A stretch of 64,000 bases of DNA from Balanoglossus misakiensis (Eukaryota > Animalia > Hemichordata), in contig CM082577.2 of assembly GCA_040954595.2 (NCBI GenBank), positions 186,001 to 250,000 on the forward strand. Reading direction: 5' to 3'. Shown here piece by piece: positions 1 through 15,000 of the stretch (its first letter is position 1; each line of letters opens with the position of its first letter). A model generated the notes under the pieces. The model worked only from the letters and a program-made list of their open reading frames with translations. It had not been told where the DNA came from and made no database searches. Made by a program: the position numbers and the translations under genes.

Positions 1-3000
1 ATTTTCGACTTTCCGAAATTTCAAAATTTCTTCATTTTTTGAAAAAATCATGTGTTATAGCTCATGAAAATCATCCACAAATGACAATTTTTCGACTTTG
101 CGAAATTTCAAAATTTCTTCATTTTTTGAAAAAATCATGGGTTATAGCTCATGAAAATCATCCACAAATGACAATTTTTCGACTTTCCGAAATTTCAAAA
201 TTTCTTCATTTTTTGAAAATATCATGGGTTATAGCTCATGAAAATCATCCACAAATGACAATTTTTCGACTTTACGAAATTTCAAAATTTCTTCATTTTT
301 TGAAAAAAATCATGGGTTATAGCTCATGAAAATCATCCACAAATGACAATTTTTCGACTTTCCGAAATTTCAAAATGTCTTCATTTTTTGAAAAAATCAT
401 GGGTTATAGCTCATGAAAATCATCCACAAATGACAATTTTTCGACTTTCCGAAATTTCAAAATTTCTTCATTTTTTGAAAAAATCATGTGTTATAGCTCA
501 TGAAAATCATCCACAAATGACAATTTTTCGACTCTGCGAAATTTCAAAATTTCTTCATTTTTTGAAAAAATCATGGGTTATAGCTCATGAAAATCATCCA
601 CAAATGACAATTTTTCGACTTTGCGAAATTTCAAAAAATTTCTTCATTTTTTGAAAAAATCATGGGTTATAGCTCATGAAAATCATCCACAAATGACAAT
701 TTTTCGACTTTGCGAAATTTCTAAATTTCTTCATTTTTTGAAAAAATCATGGGTTATAGCTCATGAAAATCATCCACAAATGACAATTTTTCGACTTTGC
801 GAAATTTCAAAATTTCTTCATTTTTTGAAAAAATCATGGGTTATAGCTCATGAAAATCATCCACAAATGACAATTTTTCGACTTTGCGAAATTTCAAAAT
901 TTCTTCATTTTTTGAAAAAAGCATGGGTTATAGCTCATGAAAATCATCCACAAATGACAATTTTTCGACTTTGCGAAATTTCAAAATTTCTTCATTTTTT
1001 GAAAAAATCATGGGTTATAGCTCATGAAAATCATCCACAAATGACAATTTTTCGACTTTGCGAAATTTCAAAATTTCTTCATTTTTTGAAAAAATCATGG
1101 GTTATAGCTCATGAAACTCATCCACAAATGACAATTTTTCGACTTTCCGAAATTTCAAAATTTCTTCATTTTTTGAAAAAATCATGGGTTATAGCTCATG
1201 AAACTCATCCACAAATGACAATTTTTCGACTTTCCGAAATTTCAAAATTTCTTCGTTTTTTGAAAAAATCATGGGTTATAGCTCATGAAAATAATCCACA
1301 AATGACAATTTTTCGACTTTGCGAAATTTCAAAATTAGTTCATTTTTTGAAAAAATCATGGGTTATAGCTCATGAAAATCATCCACAAATGACAATTTTT
1401 CGACTTTCCGAAATTTCAAAATTTCTTCATTTTTTGAAAAAATCATGGATTATAGCTCATGAAAATCATCCACAAATGACAAATTTTCGACTTTGCGAAA
1501 TTTCAAAATTTCTTCATTTTTTGAAAAAATCATGGGTTATAGCTCATGAAAATCATCCACAAATGACAATTTTTCGACTTTGCGAAATTTCTAAATTTCT
1601 TCATTTTTTGAAAAAATCATGGGTTATAGCTCATGAAAATCATCCACAAATGACAATTTTTCGACTTTGCGAAATTTCAAAATTTCTTCATTTTTTGAAA
1701 AAATCATGGGTTATAGCTCATGAAAATCATCCACAAATGACAATTTTTCGACTTTGCGAAATTTCAAAATTTCTTCATTTTTTGAAAAAATCATGGGTTA
1801 TAGCTCATGAAACTCATCCACAAATGACAATTTTTCGACTTTCCGAAATTTCAAAATTTCTTCATTTTATGAAAAAATCATGGGTTATAGCTCATGAAAA
1901 TCATCCACAAATGACAATTTTTCGACTTTGCGAAATTTCAAAATTAGTTCATTTTTTGAAAAAATCATGGGTTATAGCTCATGAAAATCATCCACAAATG
2001 ACAATTTTTCGACTTTGCGAAATTTCAAAATTTCTTCATTTTTTGAAAAAAATCATGGGTTATAGGTCATGAAAATCATCCACAAATGACAATTTTTCGA
2101 CTTTGCGAAATTTCAAAATTTCTTCATTTTTTGAAAAAATCATGGGTTATAGCTCATGAAAATCATCCACAAATGACAATTTTTCGACTTTGCGAAATTT
2201 CAAAATTTCTTCATTTTTTGAAAAAATCATGGGTTATAGCTCATGAAAATTATCCACAAATGACAATTTTTCGACTTTGCGAAATTTCAAAAATTCTTCA
2301 TTTTTTGAAAAAATCATGGGTTATAGCTCATGAAAATCATCCACAAATGACAATTTTTCGACTTTGCGAAATTTCAAAATTTCTCCATTTTTTGAAAAAA
2401 TCATGGATTATAGCTTATGAAAATCATCCACAAATGACAATTTTTCGACTTTGCGAAATTTCAAAATTTCTTCATTTTTTGAAAAAATCATGGGTTATAG
2501 CTCATGAAAATCATCCACAAATGACAATTTTTCGACTTTGCGAAATTTCAAAATTTCTTCATTTTTTGAAAAAAATCATGGGTTATAGCTCATGAAAATC
2601 ATCCACAAATGACAATTTTTCGACTTTGCGAAATTTCAAAATTTCTTCATTTTTTGAAAAAATCATGGGTTATAGCTCATGAAACTCATCCACAAATGAC
2701 AATTTTTCGACTTTGCGAAATTTCAAAATTTCTTCATTTTTTGAAAAAATCATGGGTTATAGCTCATGAAAATCATCCACAAATGACAATTTTTCGACTT
2801 TCCGAAATTTCAAAATTTCTTCATTTTTTGAAAAAATCATGGATTATAGCTTATGAAAATCATCCACAAATGACAATTTTTCGACTTTGCGAAATTTCAA
2901 AATTTCTTCATTTTTTGAAAAAATCATGGGTTATAGCTCATGAAAATCATCCACAAATGACAATTTTTCGACTTTGCGAAATTTCAAAATTTCTTCATTT

Positions 3001-6000
3001 TTTGAAAAAAATCATGGGTTATAGCTCATGAAAATCATCCACAAATGACAATTTTTCGACTTTGCGAAATTTCAAAATTTCTTCATTTTTTGAAAAAATC
3101 ATGGGTTATAGCTCATGAAAATCATCCACAAATGACAATTTTTCGACTTTGCGAAATTTCAAAATTTCTTCATTTTTTGAAAAAATCATGGGTTATAGCT
3201 CATGAAACTCATCCACAAATGACAATTTTTCGACTTTGCGAAATTTCAAAATTTCTTCATTTTTTGAAAAAATCATGGGTTATAGCTCATGAAAATCCTC
3301 CACAAATGACAATTTTTCGACTTTCCGAAATTTCAAAATTTCTTCATTTTTTGAAAAAATCATGGGTTATAGCTCATGAAAATCATCCACAAATGACAAT
3401 TTTTCGACTTTGCGAAAATTTCAAAATTTCTTCATTTTTTGAAAAAATCATGTGTTATAGCTCATGAAACTCATCCACAAATGACAATTTTTCGACTTTC
3501 CGAAATTTCAAAATTTCTTCATTTTTTGAAAAAATCATGGGTTATAGCTCATGAAAATCATCCACAAATGACAATTTTTCGACTTTGCGAAATTTCAAAA
3601 TTTCTTCATTTTTTTAAAAAATCATGGGTTATAGCTCATGAAAATCATCCAAAAATGACAATTTTTCGACTTTCCGAAATTTCAAAATTTCTTCATTTTT
3701 TGAAAAAATCATGGGTTATAGCTCATGAAAATCATCCACAAATGACAATTTTTCGACTTTCCAAAATTTCAAAATTTCTTCATTTTTTGAAAAAATCATG
3801 GGTTATAGCTCATGAAAATCATCCACAAATGACAATTTTTCGACTTTGCGAAATTTCAAAATTTCTTTATTTTTTGAAAAAATCATGGGTTATAGCTCAT
3901 GAAAATCATCCAATCATCCACAAATGACAATTTTTCGACTTTCCGAAATTTCAAAATTTCTTCATTTTTTGAAAATATCATGGGTTATAGCTCATGAAAA
4001 TCATCCACAAATGACAATTTTTCGACTTTCCAAAATTTCAAAATTTCTTCATTTTTTGAAAAAATCATGGGTTATAGCTCATGAAAATCATCCACAAATG
4101 ACAATTTTTCAACTTTGCAAAATTTCAAAATTTCTTCATTTTTTGAAAAAATCATGGATTATAGCTCATGAAAATCATCCACATTTGACAATTTTTCGGC
4201 TTTGCGAAATTTCAAAATTTCTTCATTTTTTGAAAAAATCATGGGTTATAGCTCATGAAAATCATCCAATCATCCACAAATGACAATTTTTCGACTTTCC
4301 GAAATTTCAAAATTTCTTCATTTTTTGAAAATATCATGGGTTATAGCTCATGAAAATCATCCACAAATGACAATTTTTCGACTTTCCAAAATTTCAAAAT
4401 TTCTTCATTTTTTGAAAAAATCATGGGTTATAGCTCATGAAAATCATCCACAAATGACAATTTTTCAACTTTGCAAAATTTCAAAATTTCTTCATTTTTT
4501 GAAAAAATCATGGATTATAGCTCATGAAAATCATCCACAAAAGACAATTTTTCGACTTTGCGAAATTTCAAAATTTCTTCATTTTTTGAAAAAATCATGG
4601 GTTATAGCTCATGAAAATCATCCACAAATGAATATTTTTCGAATTTCCGAAATTTCAAAATTTCTTCATTTTTTGAAAAAATCATGGGTTATAGCTCATG
4701 AAAATCATCCACAAATGACAATTTTTCGACTTTGCGAAATTTCAAAATTTCTTCATTTTTTGAAAAAAATCATGGGTTATAGCTCATGAAAATCATCCAC
4801 AAATGACAATTTTTCGACTTTGCGAAATTTCAAAATTTCTTCATTTTTTGAAAAAATCATGGGTTATAGCTCATGAAACTCATCCACAAATGACAATTTT
4901 TCGACTTTGCGAAATTTCAAAATTTCTTCATTTTTTGAAAAAATCATGGGTTATAGCTCATGAAAATCATCCACAAATGACAATTTTTCGACTTTCCGAA
5001 ATTTCAAAATTTCTTCATTTTTTGAAAAAATCATGGATTATAGCTTATGAAAATCATCCACAAATGACAATTTTTCGACTTTGCGAAATTTCAAAATTTC
5101 TTCATTTTTTGAAAAAATCATGGGTTATAGCTCATGAAAATCATCCACAAATGACAATTTTTCGACTTTGCGAAATTTCAAAATTTCTTCATTTTTTGAA
5201 AAAAATCATGGGTTATAGCTCATGAAAATCATCCACAAATGACAATTTTTCGACTTTGCGAAATTTCAAAATTTCTTCATTTTTTGAAAAAATCATGGGT
5301 TATAGCTCATGAAAATCATCCACAAATGACAATTTTTCGACTTTGCGAAATTTCAAAATTTCTTCATTTTTTGAAAAAATCATGGGTTATAGCTCATGAA
5401 ACTCATCCACAAATGACAATTTTTCGACTTTGCGAAATTTCAAAATTTCTTCATTTTTTGAAAAAATCATGGGTTATAGCTCATGAAAATCCTCCACAAA
5501 TGACAATTTTTCGACTTTCCGAAATTTCAAAATTTCTTCATTTTTTGAAAAAATCATGGGTTATAGCTCATGAAAATCATCCACAAATGACAATTTTTCG
5601 ACTTTGCGAAAATTTCAAAATTTCTTCATTTTTTGAAAAAATCATGTGTTATAGCTCATGAAACTCATCCACAAATGACAATTTTTCGACTTTCCGAAAT
5701 TTCAAAATTTCTTCATTTTTTGAAAAAATCATGGGTTATAGCTCATGAAAATCATCCACAAATGACAATTTTTCGACTTTGCGAAATTTCAAAATTTCTT
5801 CATTTTTTTAAAAAATCATGGGTTATAGCTCATGAAAATCATCCAAAAATGACAATTTTTCGACTTTCCGAAATTTCAAAATTTCTTCATTTTTTGAAAA
5901 AATCATGGGTTATAGCTCATGAAAATCATCCACAAATGACAATTTTTCGACTTTCCAAAATTTCAAAATTTCTTCATTTTTTGAAAAAATCATGGGTTAT

Positions 6001-9000
6001 AGCTCATGAAAATCATCCACAAATGACAATTTTTCGACTTTGCGAAATTTCAAAATTTCTTTATTTTTTGAAAAAATCATGGGTTATAGCTCATGAAAAT
6101 CATCCAATCATCCACAAATGACAATTTTTCGACTTTCCGAAATTTCAAAATTTCTTCATTTTTTGAAAAAATCATGGGTTATAGCTCATGAAAATCATCC
6201 ACAAATGACAATTTTTCGACTTTCCGAAATTTCAAAATTTCTTCATTTTTTGAAAAAATCATGGGTTATAGCTCATGAAAATCATCCACAAATGACAATT
6301 TTTCGACTTTACGAAATTTCAAAATTTTTTCATTTTTTGAAAATATCATGGGTTATAGCTCATGAAAATCATCCACAAATGACAATTTTTCGACTTTCCG
6401 AAATTTCAAAATTTCTTCATTTTTTGAAAAAATCATGGGTTATAGCTCATGAAAATCATCCACAAATGACAATTTTTCGACTTTGCGAAATTTCAAAATT
6501 TCTTCATTTTTTGAAAAAAATCATGGGTTATAGCTCATGAAAATCATCCACAAATGACAATTTTTCGACTTTGCGAAATTTCAAAATTTCTTCATTTTTT
6601 GAAAAAATCATGGGTTATAGCTCATGAAACTCATCCACAAATGACAATTTTTCGACTTTGCGAAATTTCAAAATTTCTTCATTTTTTGAAAAAATCATGG
6701 GTTATAGCTCATGAAAATCATCCACAAATGACAATTTTTCGACTTTGCGAAATTTCAAAATTTCTTCATTTTTTGAAAAAATCATGGATTATAGCTTATG
6801 AAAATCATCCACAAATGACAATTTTTCGACTTTGCGAAATTTCAAAATTTCTTCATTTTTTGAAAAAATCATGGGTTATAGCTCATGAAAATCATCCACA
6901 AATGACAATTTTTCGACTTTCCAAAATTTCAAAATTTCTTCATTTTTTGAAAATATCATGGGTTATAGCTCATGAAAATCATCCACAAATGACAATTTTT
7001 CAACTTTGCAAAATTTCAAAATTTCTTCATTTTTTGAAAAAATCATGGGTTATAGCTCATGAAAATCATCCACAAATGACAATTTTTCGACTTTCCGAAA
7101 TTTCAAAATTTCTTCATTTTTTGAAAAAATCATGGGTTATAGCTCATGAAAATCATCCACAAATGACAATTTTTCGACTTTCCGAAATTTCAAAATTTCT
7201 TCATTTTTTAAAAAAATCATGGGTTATAGCTCATGAAAATCATCCACAAATGACAATTTTTCGACTTTCCGAAATTTCAAAATTTCTTCATTTTTTTTAA
7301 AAAATCATGGGTTATAGCTCATGAAAATCATCCACAAATGACAATTTTTCGACTTTACGAAATTTCAAAATTTCTTCATTTTTTGAAAAAATCATGGGTT
7401 ATAGCTCATGAAACTCATCCACAAATGACAATTTTTCGACTTTCCGAAATTTCAAAATTTCTTCATTTTTTGAAAAAATCATGGGTTATAGCTCATGAAA
7501 ATCATCCACAAATGACAATTTTTCGACTTTGCGAAATTTCAAAATTTCTTCATTTTTTGAAAAAATCATGGGTTATAGCTCATGAAAATCATCCAAAAAT
7601 GACAATTTTTCGACTTTCCGAAAGATCGAAATTTAGTCATTTTTTGACAAAAATCATGGGTTATAGCTCATGAAAATCATCCAAAAATGACAATTTTTCG
7701 ACTTTGCGAAATATCAAAATTTCGTCATTTTTTGACAAAAACCATGGGTTATAGCTCATGAAAATCATCCAAAAAAGACAATTTTTCGACTTTGCGAAAT
7801 ATCAAAATTTCGTCATTTTTTGACAAAAACCATGGGTTATAGCTCATGAAAATCATCCACAAATGACAATTTTTCGACTTTCCGAAATTTCAAAATTTCT
7901 TCATTTTTTGAAAAAATCATGGGTTATAGCTCATGAAAATCATCCACAAATGACAATTTTTCGACTTTCCGAAATTTCAAAATTTCTTCATTTTTTTAAA
8001 AAATCATGGGTTATAGCTCATGAAAATCATCCAAAAATGACAATTTTTCGACTTTGCGAAATATCAAAATTTCGTCATTTTTTGACAAAAACCATGGGTT
8101 ATAGCTCATGAAAATCATCCAAAAAAGACAATTTTTCGACTTTGCGAAATATCAAAATTTCGTCATTTTTTGACAAAAACCATGGGTTATAGCTCATGAA
8201 AATCATCCACAAATGACAATTTTTCGACTTTCCGAAATTTCAAAATTTCTTCATTTTTTGAAAAAATCATGGGTTATAGCTCATGAAAATCATCCACAAA
8301 TGACAATTTTTCGACTTTGCGAAATTTCAAAATTTCTTCATTTTTTGAAAAAATCATGGGTTATAGCTCATGAAAATCATCCAAAAATGACAATTTTTCG
8401 ACTTTCCGAAAGATCGAAATTTAGTCATTTTTTGACAAAAATCATGGGTTATAGCTCATGAAAATCATCCAAAAAAGACAATTTTTCGACTTTGCGAAAT
8501 ATCAAAATTTCGTCATTTTTTGACAAAAACCATGGGTTATAGCTCATGAAAATCATCCACAAATGACAATTTTTCGACTTTCCGAAATTTCAAAATTTCT
8601 TCATTTTTTGAAAAAATCATGGGTTATAGCTCATGAAAATCATCCACAAATGACAATTTTTCGACTTTCCGAAATTTCAAAATTTCTTCATTTTTTGAAA
8701 AAATCATGGGTTATAGCTCATGAAAATCATCCACTAATGACAATTTTTCGACTTTCCGAAATTTCAAAATTTCTTCATTTTTTGAAAAAATCATGGGTTA
8801 TAGCTCATGAAAATCATCAACAAATGACAATTTTTCGACTTTGCGAAATTTCAAAATTTCTTCATTTTTTTAAAAAATCATGGGTTATAGCTCATGAAAA
8901 TCATCCACAAATGAAATTTCAAAATTTCTTCATTTTTTCAAAATATCATGGGTTATAGCTCATGAAAATCATCCACAAATGACAATTTTTCGACTTTCCG

Positions 9001-12000
9001 AAATTTCAAAATTTCTTCATTTTTTGAAAAAATCATGGGTTATAGCTCATGAAAATCATCCACAAATGACAATTTTTCGACTTTCCGAAATTTCAAAATT
9101 TCTTCATTTTTTGAAAAAATCATGGGTTATAATATAGCTCATGAAAATCATCCACAAATGACAATTTTTCGACTTTCCGAAATTTCAAAATTTCTTCATT
9201 TTTTGAAAAAATCATGGGTTATAGCTCATGAAAATCATTCACAAATGACAATTTTTCGACTTTACGAAATTTCAAAATTTCTTCATTTTTTGAAAATATC
9301 ATGGGTTATAGCTCATGAAAATCATCCACAAATGACAATTTTTCGACTTTGCGACATTTCAAAATTTCTTCATTTTTTGAAAAAATCATGGGTTATAGCT
9401 CATGAAAATCATCCACAAATGACAATTTTTCGACTTTGCGAAATTTCAAAATTTCTTCATTTTTTGAAAAAATCATGGGTTATAGCTCATGAAAATCATC
9501 CACAAATGACAATTTTTCGACTTTGCGAAATTTCAAAATTTCTTCATTTTTTGAAAAAATCATGGGTTATAGCTCATGAAAATCATCCACAAATGACAAT
9601 TTTTCGACTTTCCGAAATTTCAAAATTTCTTCATTTTTTGAAAAAATCATGGGTTATAGCTCATGAAAATCATCCACAAATGACAATTTTTCGACTTTCC
9701 GAAATTTCAAAATTTCTTCATTTTTTGAAAAAATCATGGGTTATAGCTCATGAAAATAATCCACAAATGACAATTTTTCGACTTTCCGAAATTTCAAAAT
9801 TTCTTCATTTTTTGAAAAAATCATGGGTTATAGCTCATGAAAATCATCCACAAATGACAATTTTTCGACTTTCCGAAATTTCAAAATTTCTTCATTTTTT
9901 GAAAAAATCATGGGTTATAGCTCATGAAAATCATCCACAAATGACAATTTTTCGACTTTCCGAAATTTCAAAATTTCTTCATTTTTTGAAAAAATCATGG
10001 GTTATAGCTCATGAAAATCATCCACAAATGACAATTTTTCGACTTTCCGAAATTTCAAAATTTCTTCATTTTTTGAAAAAATCATGGGTTATAGCTCATG
10101 AAAATCATCCACAAATGACAATTTTTCGACTTTCCGAAATTTCAAAATTTCTTCATTTTTTGAAAAAATCATGGGTTATAGCTCATGAAAATCATCCACA
10201 AATGAAATTTCAAAATATCTTCATTTTTTCAAAATATCATGGGTTATAGCTCATGAAAATCATCCACAAATGACAATTTTTCGACTTTCCAAAATTTCAA
10301 AATTTCTTCATTTTTTAAAAAAATCATGGGTTATTGCTCATGAAACTCATCCACAAATGACAATTTTTCGATTTTCCGAAATTTCAAAATTTCTTCATTT
10401 TTTGAAAAAATCATGGGTTATAGCTCATGAAAATCATCCACAAATGACAATTTTTCGACTTTGCGAAATTTCAAAATTTCTTCATTTTTTGAAAAAATCA
10501 TGGGTTATAGCTCATGAAAATCATCCACAAATGACAATTTTTCGACTTTCCGAAATTTCAAAATTTCTTCATTTTTTGAAAAAATCATGGGTTATAGCTC
10601 ATGAAAATCATCCACAAATGACAATTTTTCGACTTTCCGAAATTTCAAAATTTCTTCATTTTTTGAAAAAATCATGGGTTATAGCTCATGAAAATCATCC
10701 ACAAATGACAATTTTTCGACTTTCCGAAATTTCAAAATTTCTTCATTTTTTGAAAAAATCATGGGTTATAGCTCATGAAAATCATCCACAAATGACAATT
10801 TTTCGACTTTCCGAAATTTCAAAATTTCTTCATTTTTTGAAAAAATCATGGGTTATAGCTCATGAAAATCATCCACAAATGACAATTTTTCGACTTTCCG
10901 AAATTTCAAAATTTCTTCATTTTTTGAAAAAATCATGGGTTATAGCTCATGAAAATCATCCACAAATGACAATTTTTCGACTTTCCGAAATTTCAAAATT
11001 TCTTCATTTTTTGAAAAAATCATGGGTTATAGCTCATGAAAATCATCCACAAATGAAATTTCAAAATATCTTCATTTTTTCAAAATATCATGGGTTATAG
11101 CTCATGAAAATCATCCACAAATGACAATTTTTCGACTTTCCAAAATTTCAAAATTTCTTCATTTTTTTAAAAAATCATGGGTTATTGCTCATGAAACTCA
11201 TCCACAAATGACAATTTTTCGATTTTCCGAAATTTCAAAATTTCTTCATTTTTTGAAAAAATCATGGGTTATAGCTCATGAAAATCATCCACAAATGACA
11301 ATTTTTCGACTTTGCGAAATTTCAAAATTTCTTCATTTTTTGAAAAAATCATGGGTTATAGCTCATGAAAATCATCCACAAATGACAATTTTTCGACTTT
11401 CCGAAATTTCAAAATTTCTTCATTTTTTGAAAAAATCATGGGTTATAGCTCATGAAAATCATCCACAAATGACAATTTTTCGACTTTGCGAAATTTCAAA
11501 ATTTCTTCATTTTTTGAAAAAATCATGGGTTATAGCTCATGAAAATCATCCACAAATGACAATTTTTCGACTTTCCGAAATTTCAAAATTTCTTCATTTT
11601 TTGAAAAAATCATGGGTTATAATATAGCTCATGAAAATCATCCACAAATGACAATTTTTCGACTTTCCGAAATTTCAAAATTTCTTCATTTTTTGAAAAA
11701 ATCATGGGTTATAGCTCATGAAAATCATTCACAAATGACAATTTTTCGACTTTACGAAATTTCAAAATTTCTTCATTTTTTGAAAATATCATGGGTTATA
11801 GCTCATGAAAATCATCCACAAATGACAATTTTTCGACTTTGCGACATTTCAAAATTTCTTCATTTTTTGAAAAAATCATGGGTTATAGCTCATGAAAATC
11901 ATCCACAAATGACAATTTTTCGACTTTGCGAAATTTCAAAATTTCTTCATTTTTTGAAAAAATCATGGGTTATAGCTCATGAAAATCATCCACAAATGAC

Positions 12001-15000
12001 AATTTTTCGACTTTGCGAAATTTCAAAATTTCTTCATTTTTTGAAAAAATCATGGGTTATAGCTCATGAAAATCATCCACAAATGACAATTTTTCGACTT
12101 TCCGAAATTTCAAAATTTCTTCATTTTTTGAAAAAATCATGGGTTATAGCTCATGAAAATCATCCACAAATGACAATTTATCGACTTTCCGAAATTTCAA
12201 AATTTCTTCATTTTTTGAAAAAATCATGGGTTATAGCTCATGAAAATCATCCACAAATGACAATTTTTCGACTTTCCGAAATTTCAAAATTTCTTCATTT
12301 TTTGAAAAAATCATGGGTTATAGCTCATGAAAATCATCCACAAATGAAATTTCAAAATATCTTCATTTTTTCAAAATGTCATGGGTTATAGCTCATGAAA
12401 ATCATCCACAAATGACAATTTTTCGACTTTCCAAAATTTCAAAATTTCTTCATTTTTTGAAAAAATCATGGGTTATAGCTCATGAAACTCATCCACAAAT
12501 GACAATTTTTCGATTTTCCGAAATTTCAAAATTTCTTCATTTTTTGAAAAAATCATGGGTTATAGCTCATGAAAATCATCCACAAATGATAATTTTTCGA
12601 CTTTGCGAAATTTCAAAATTTCTTCATTTTTTGAAAAAAATCATGGGTTATAGCTCATGAAAATCATCCACAAATGACAATTTTTCGACTTTCCGAAATT
12701 TCAAAATTTCTTCATTTTTTGAAAAAATCATGGGTTATAGCTCATGAAAATCATCCACAAATGACAATTTTTCGACTTTCCGAAATTTCAAAATTTCTTC
12801 ATTTTTTGAAAAAATCATGGGTTATAGCTCATGAAAATCATCCACAAATGACAATTTTTCGACTTTCCGAAATTTCAAAATTTCTTCATTTTTTGAAAAA
12901 ATCATGGGTTATAGCTCATGAAAATCATTCACAAATGACAATTTTTCGACTTTACGAAATTTCAAAATTTCTTCATTTTTTGAAAATATCATGGGTTATA
13001 GCTCATGAAAATCATCCACAAATGACAATTTTTCGACTTTGCGAAATTTCAAAATTTCTTCATTTTTTGAAAAAATCATGGGTTATAGCTCATGAAAATC
13101 ATCCACAAATGACAATTTTTCGACTTTCCGAAATTTCAAAATTTCTTCATTTTTTGAAAAAATCATGGGTTATAATATAGCTCATGAAAATCATCCACAA
13201 ATGACAATTTTTCGACTTTCCGAAATTTCAAAATTTCTTCATTTTTTGAAAAAATCATGGGTTATAGCTCATGAAAATCATTCACAAATGACAATTTTTC
13301 GACTTTACGAAATTTCAAAATTTCTTCATTTTTTGAAAATATCATGGGTTATAGCTCATGAAAATCATCCACAAATGACAATTTTTCGACTTTGCGAAAT
13401 TTCAAAATTTCTTCATTTTTTGAAAAAATCATGGGTTATAGCTCATGAAAATCATCCACAAATGACAATTTTTCGACTTTGCGAAATTTCAAAATTTCTT
13501 CATTTTTTGAAAAAATCATGGGTTATAGCTCATGAAAATCATCCACAAATGACAATTTTTCGACTTTGCGAAATTTCAAAATTTCTTCATTTTTTGAAAA
13601 AATCATGGGTTATAGCTCATGAAAATCATCCACAAATGACAATTTTTCGACTTTCCGAAATTTCAAAATTTCTTCATTTTTTGAAAAAATCATGGGTTAT
13701 AGCTCATGAAAATCATCCACAAATGACAATTTTTCGACTTTCCGAAATTTCAAAATTTCTTCATTTTTTGAAAAAATCATGGGTTATAGCTCATGAAAAT
13801 CATCCACAAATGACAATTTTTCGACTTTCCGAAATTTCAAAATTTCTTCATTTTTTGAAAAAATCATGGGTTATAGCTCATGAAAATCATCCACAAATGA
13901 CAATTTTTCGACTTTACGAAATTTCAAAATTTCTTCATTTTTTGAAAATATCATGGGTTATAGCTCATGAAAATCATCCACAAATGACAATTTTTCGACT
14001 TTCCGAAATTTCAAAATTTCTTCATTTTTTGAAAAAATCATGGGTTATAGCTCATGAAAATCATCCACAAATGAAATTTCAAAATATCTTCATTTTTTCA
14101 AAATATCATGGGTTATAGCTCATGAAAATCATCCACAAATGACAATTTTTCGACTTTCCAAAATTTCAAAATTTCTTCATTTTTTTAAAAAATCATGGGT
14201 TATAGCTCATGAAACTCATCCACAAATGACAATTTTACGATTTTCCGAAATTTCAAAATTTCTTCATTTTTTGAAAAAATCATGGGTTATAGCTCATGAA
14301 AATCATCCACAAATGACAATTTTTCGACTTTGCGAAATTTCAAAATTTCTTCATTTTTTGAAAATATCATGGGTTATAGCTCATGAAAATCATCCACAAA
14401 TGACAATTTTTCGACTTTGCGAAATTTCAAAATTTCTTCATTTTTTGAAAAAATCATGGGTTATAGCTCATGAAAATCATCCACAAATGACAATTTTTCG
14501 ACTTTCCGAAATTTCAAAATTTCTTCATTTTTTGAAAAAATCATGGGTTATAATATAGCTCATGAAAATCATCCACAAATGACAATTTTTCGACTTTCCG
14601 AAATTTCAAAATTTCTTCATTTTTTGAAAAAATCATGGGTTATAGCTCATGAAAATCATTCACAAATGACAATTTTTCGACTTTACGAAATTTCAAAATT
14701 TCTTCATTTTTTGAAAATATCATGGGTTATAGCTCATGAAAATCATCCACAAATGACAATTTTTCGACTTTGCGAAATTTCAAAATTTCTTCATTTTTTG
14801 AAAAAATCATGGGTTATAGCTCATGAAAATCATCCACAAATGACAATTTTTCGACTTTGCGAAATTTCAAAATTTCTTCATTTTTTGAAAAAATCATGGG
14901 TTATAGCTCATGAAAATCATCCACAAATGACAATTTTTCGACTTTGCGAAATTTCAAAATTTCTTCATTTTTTGAAAAAATCATGGGTTATAGCTCATGA

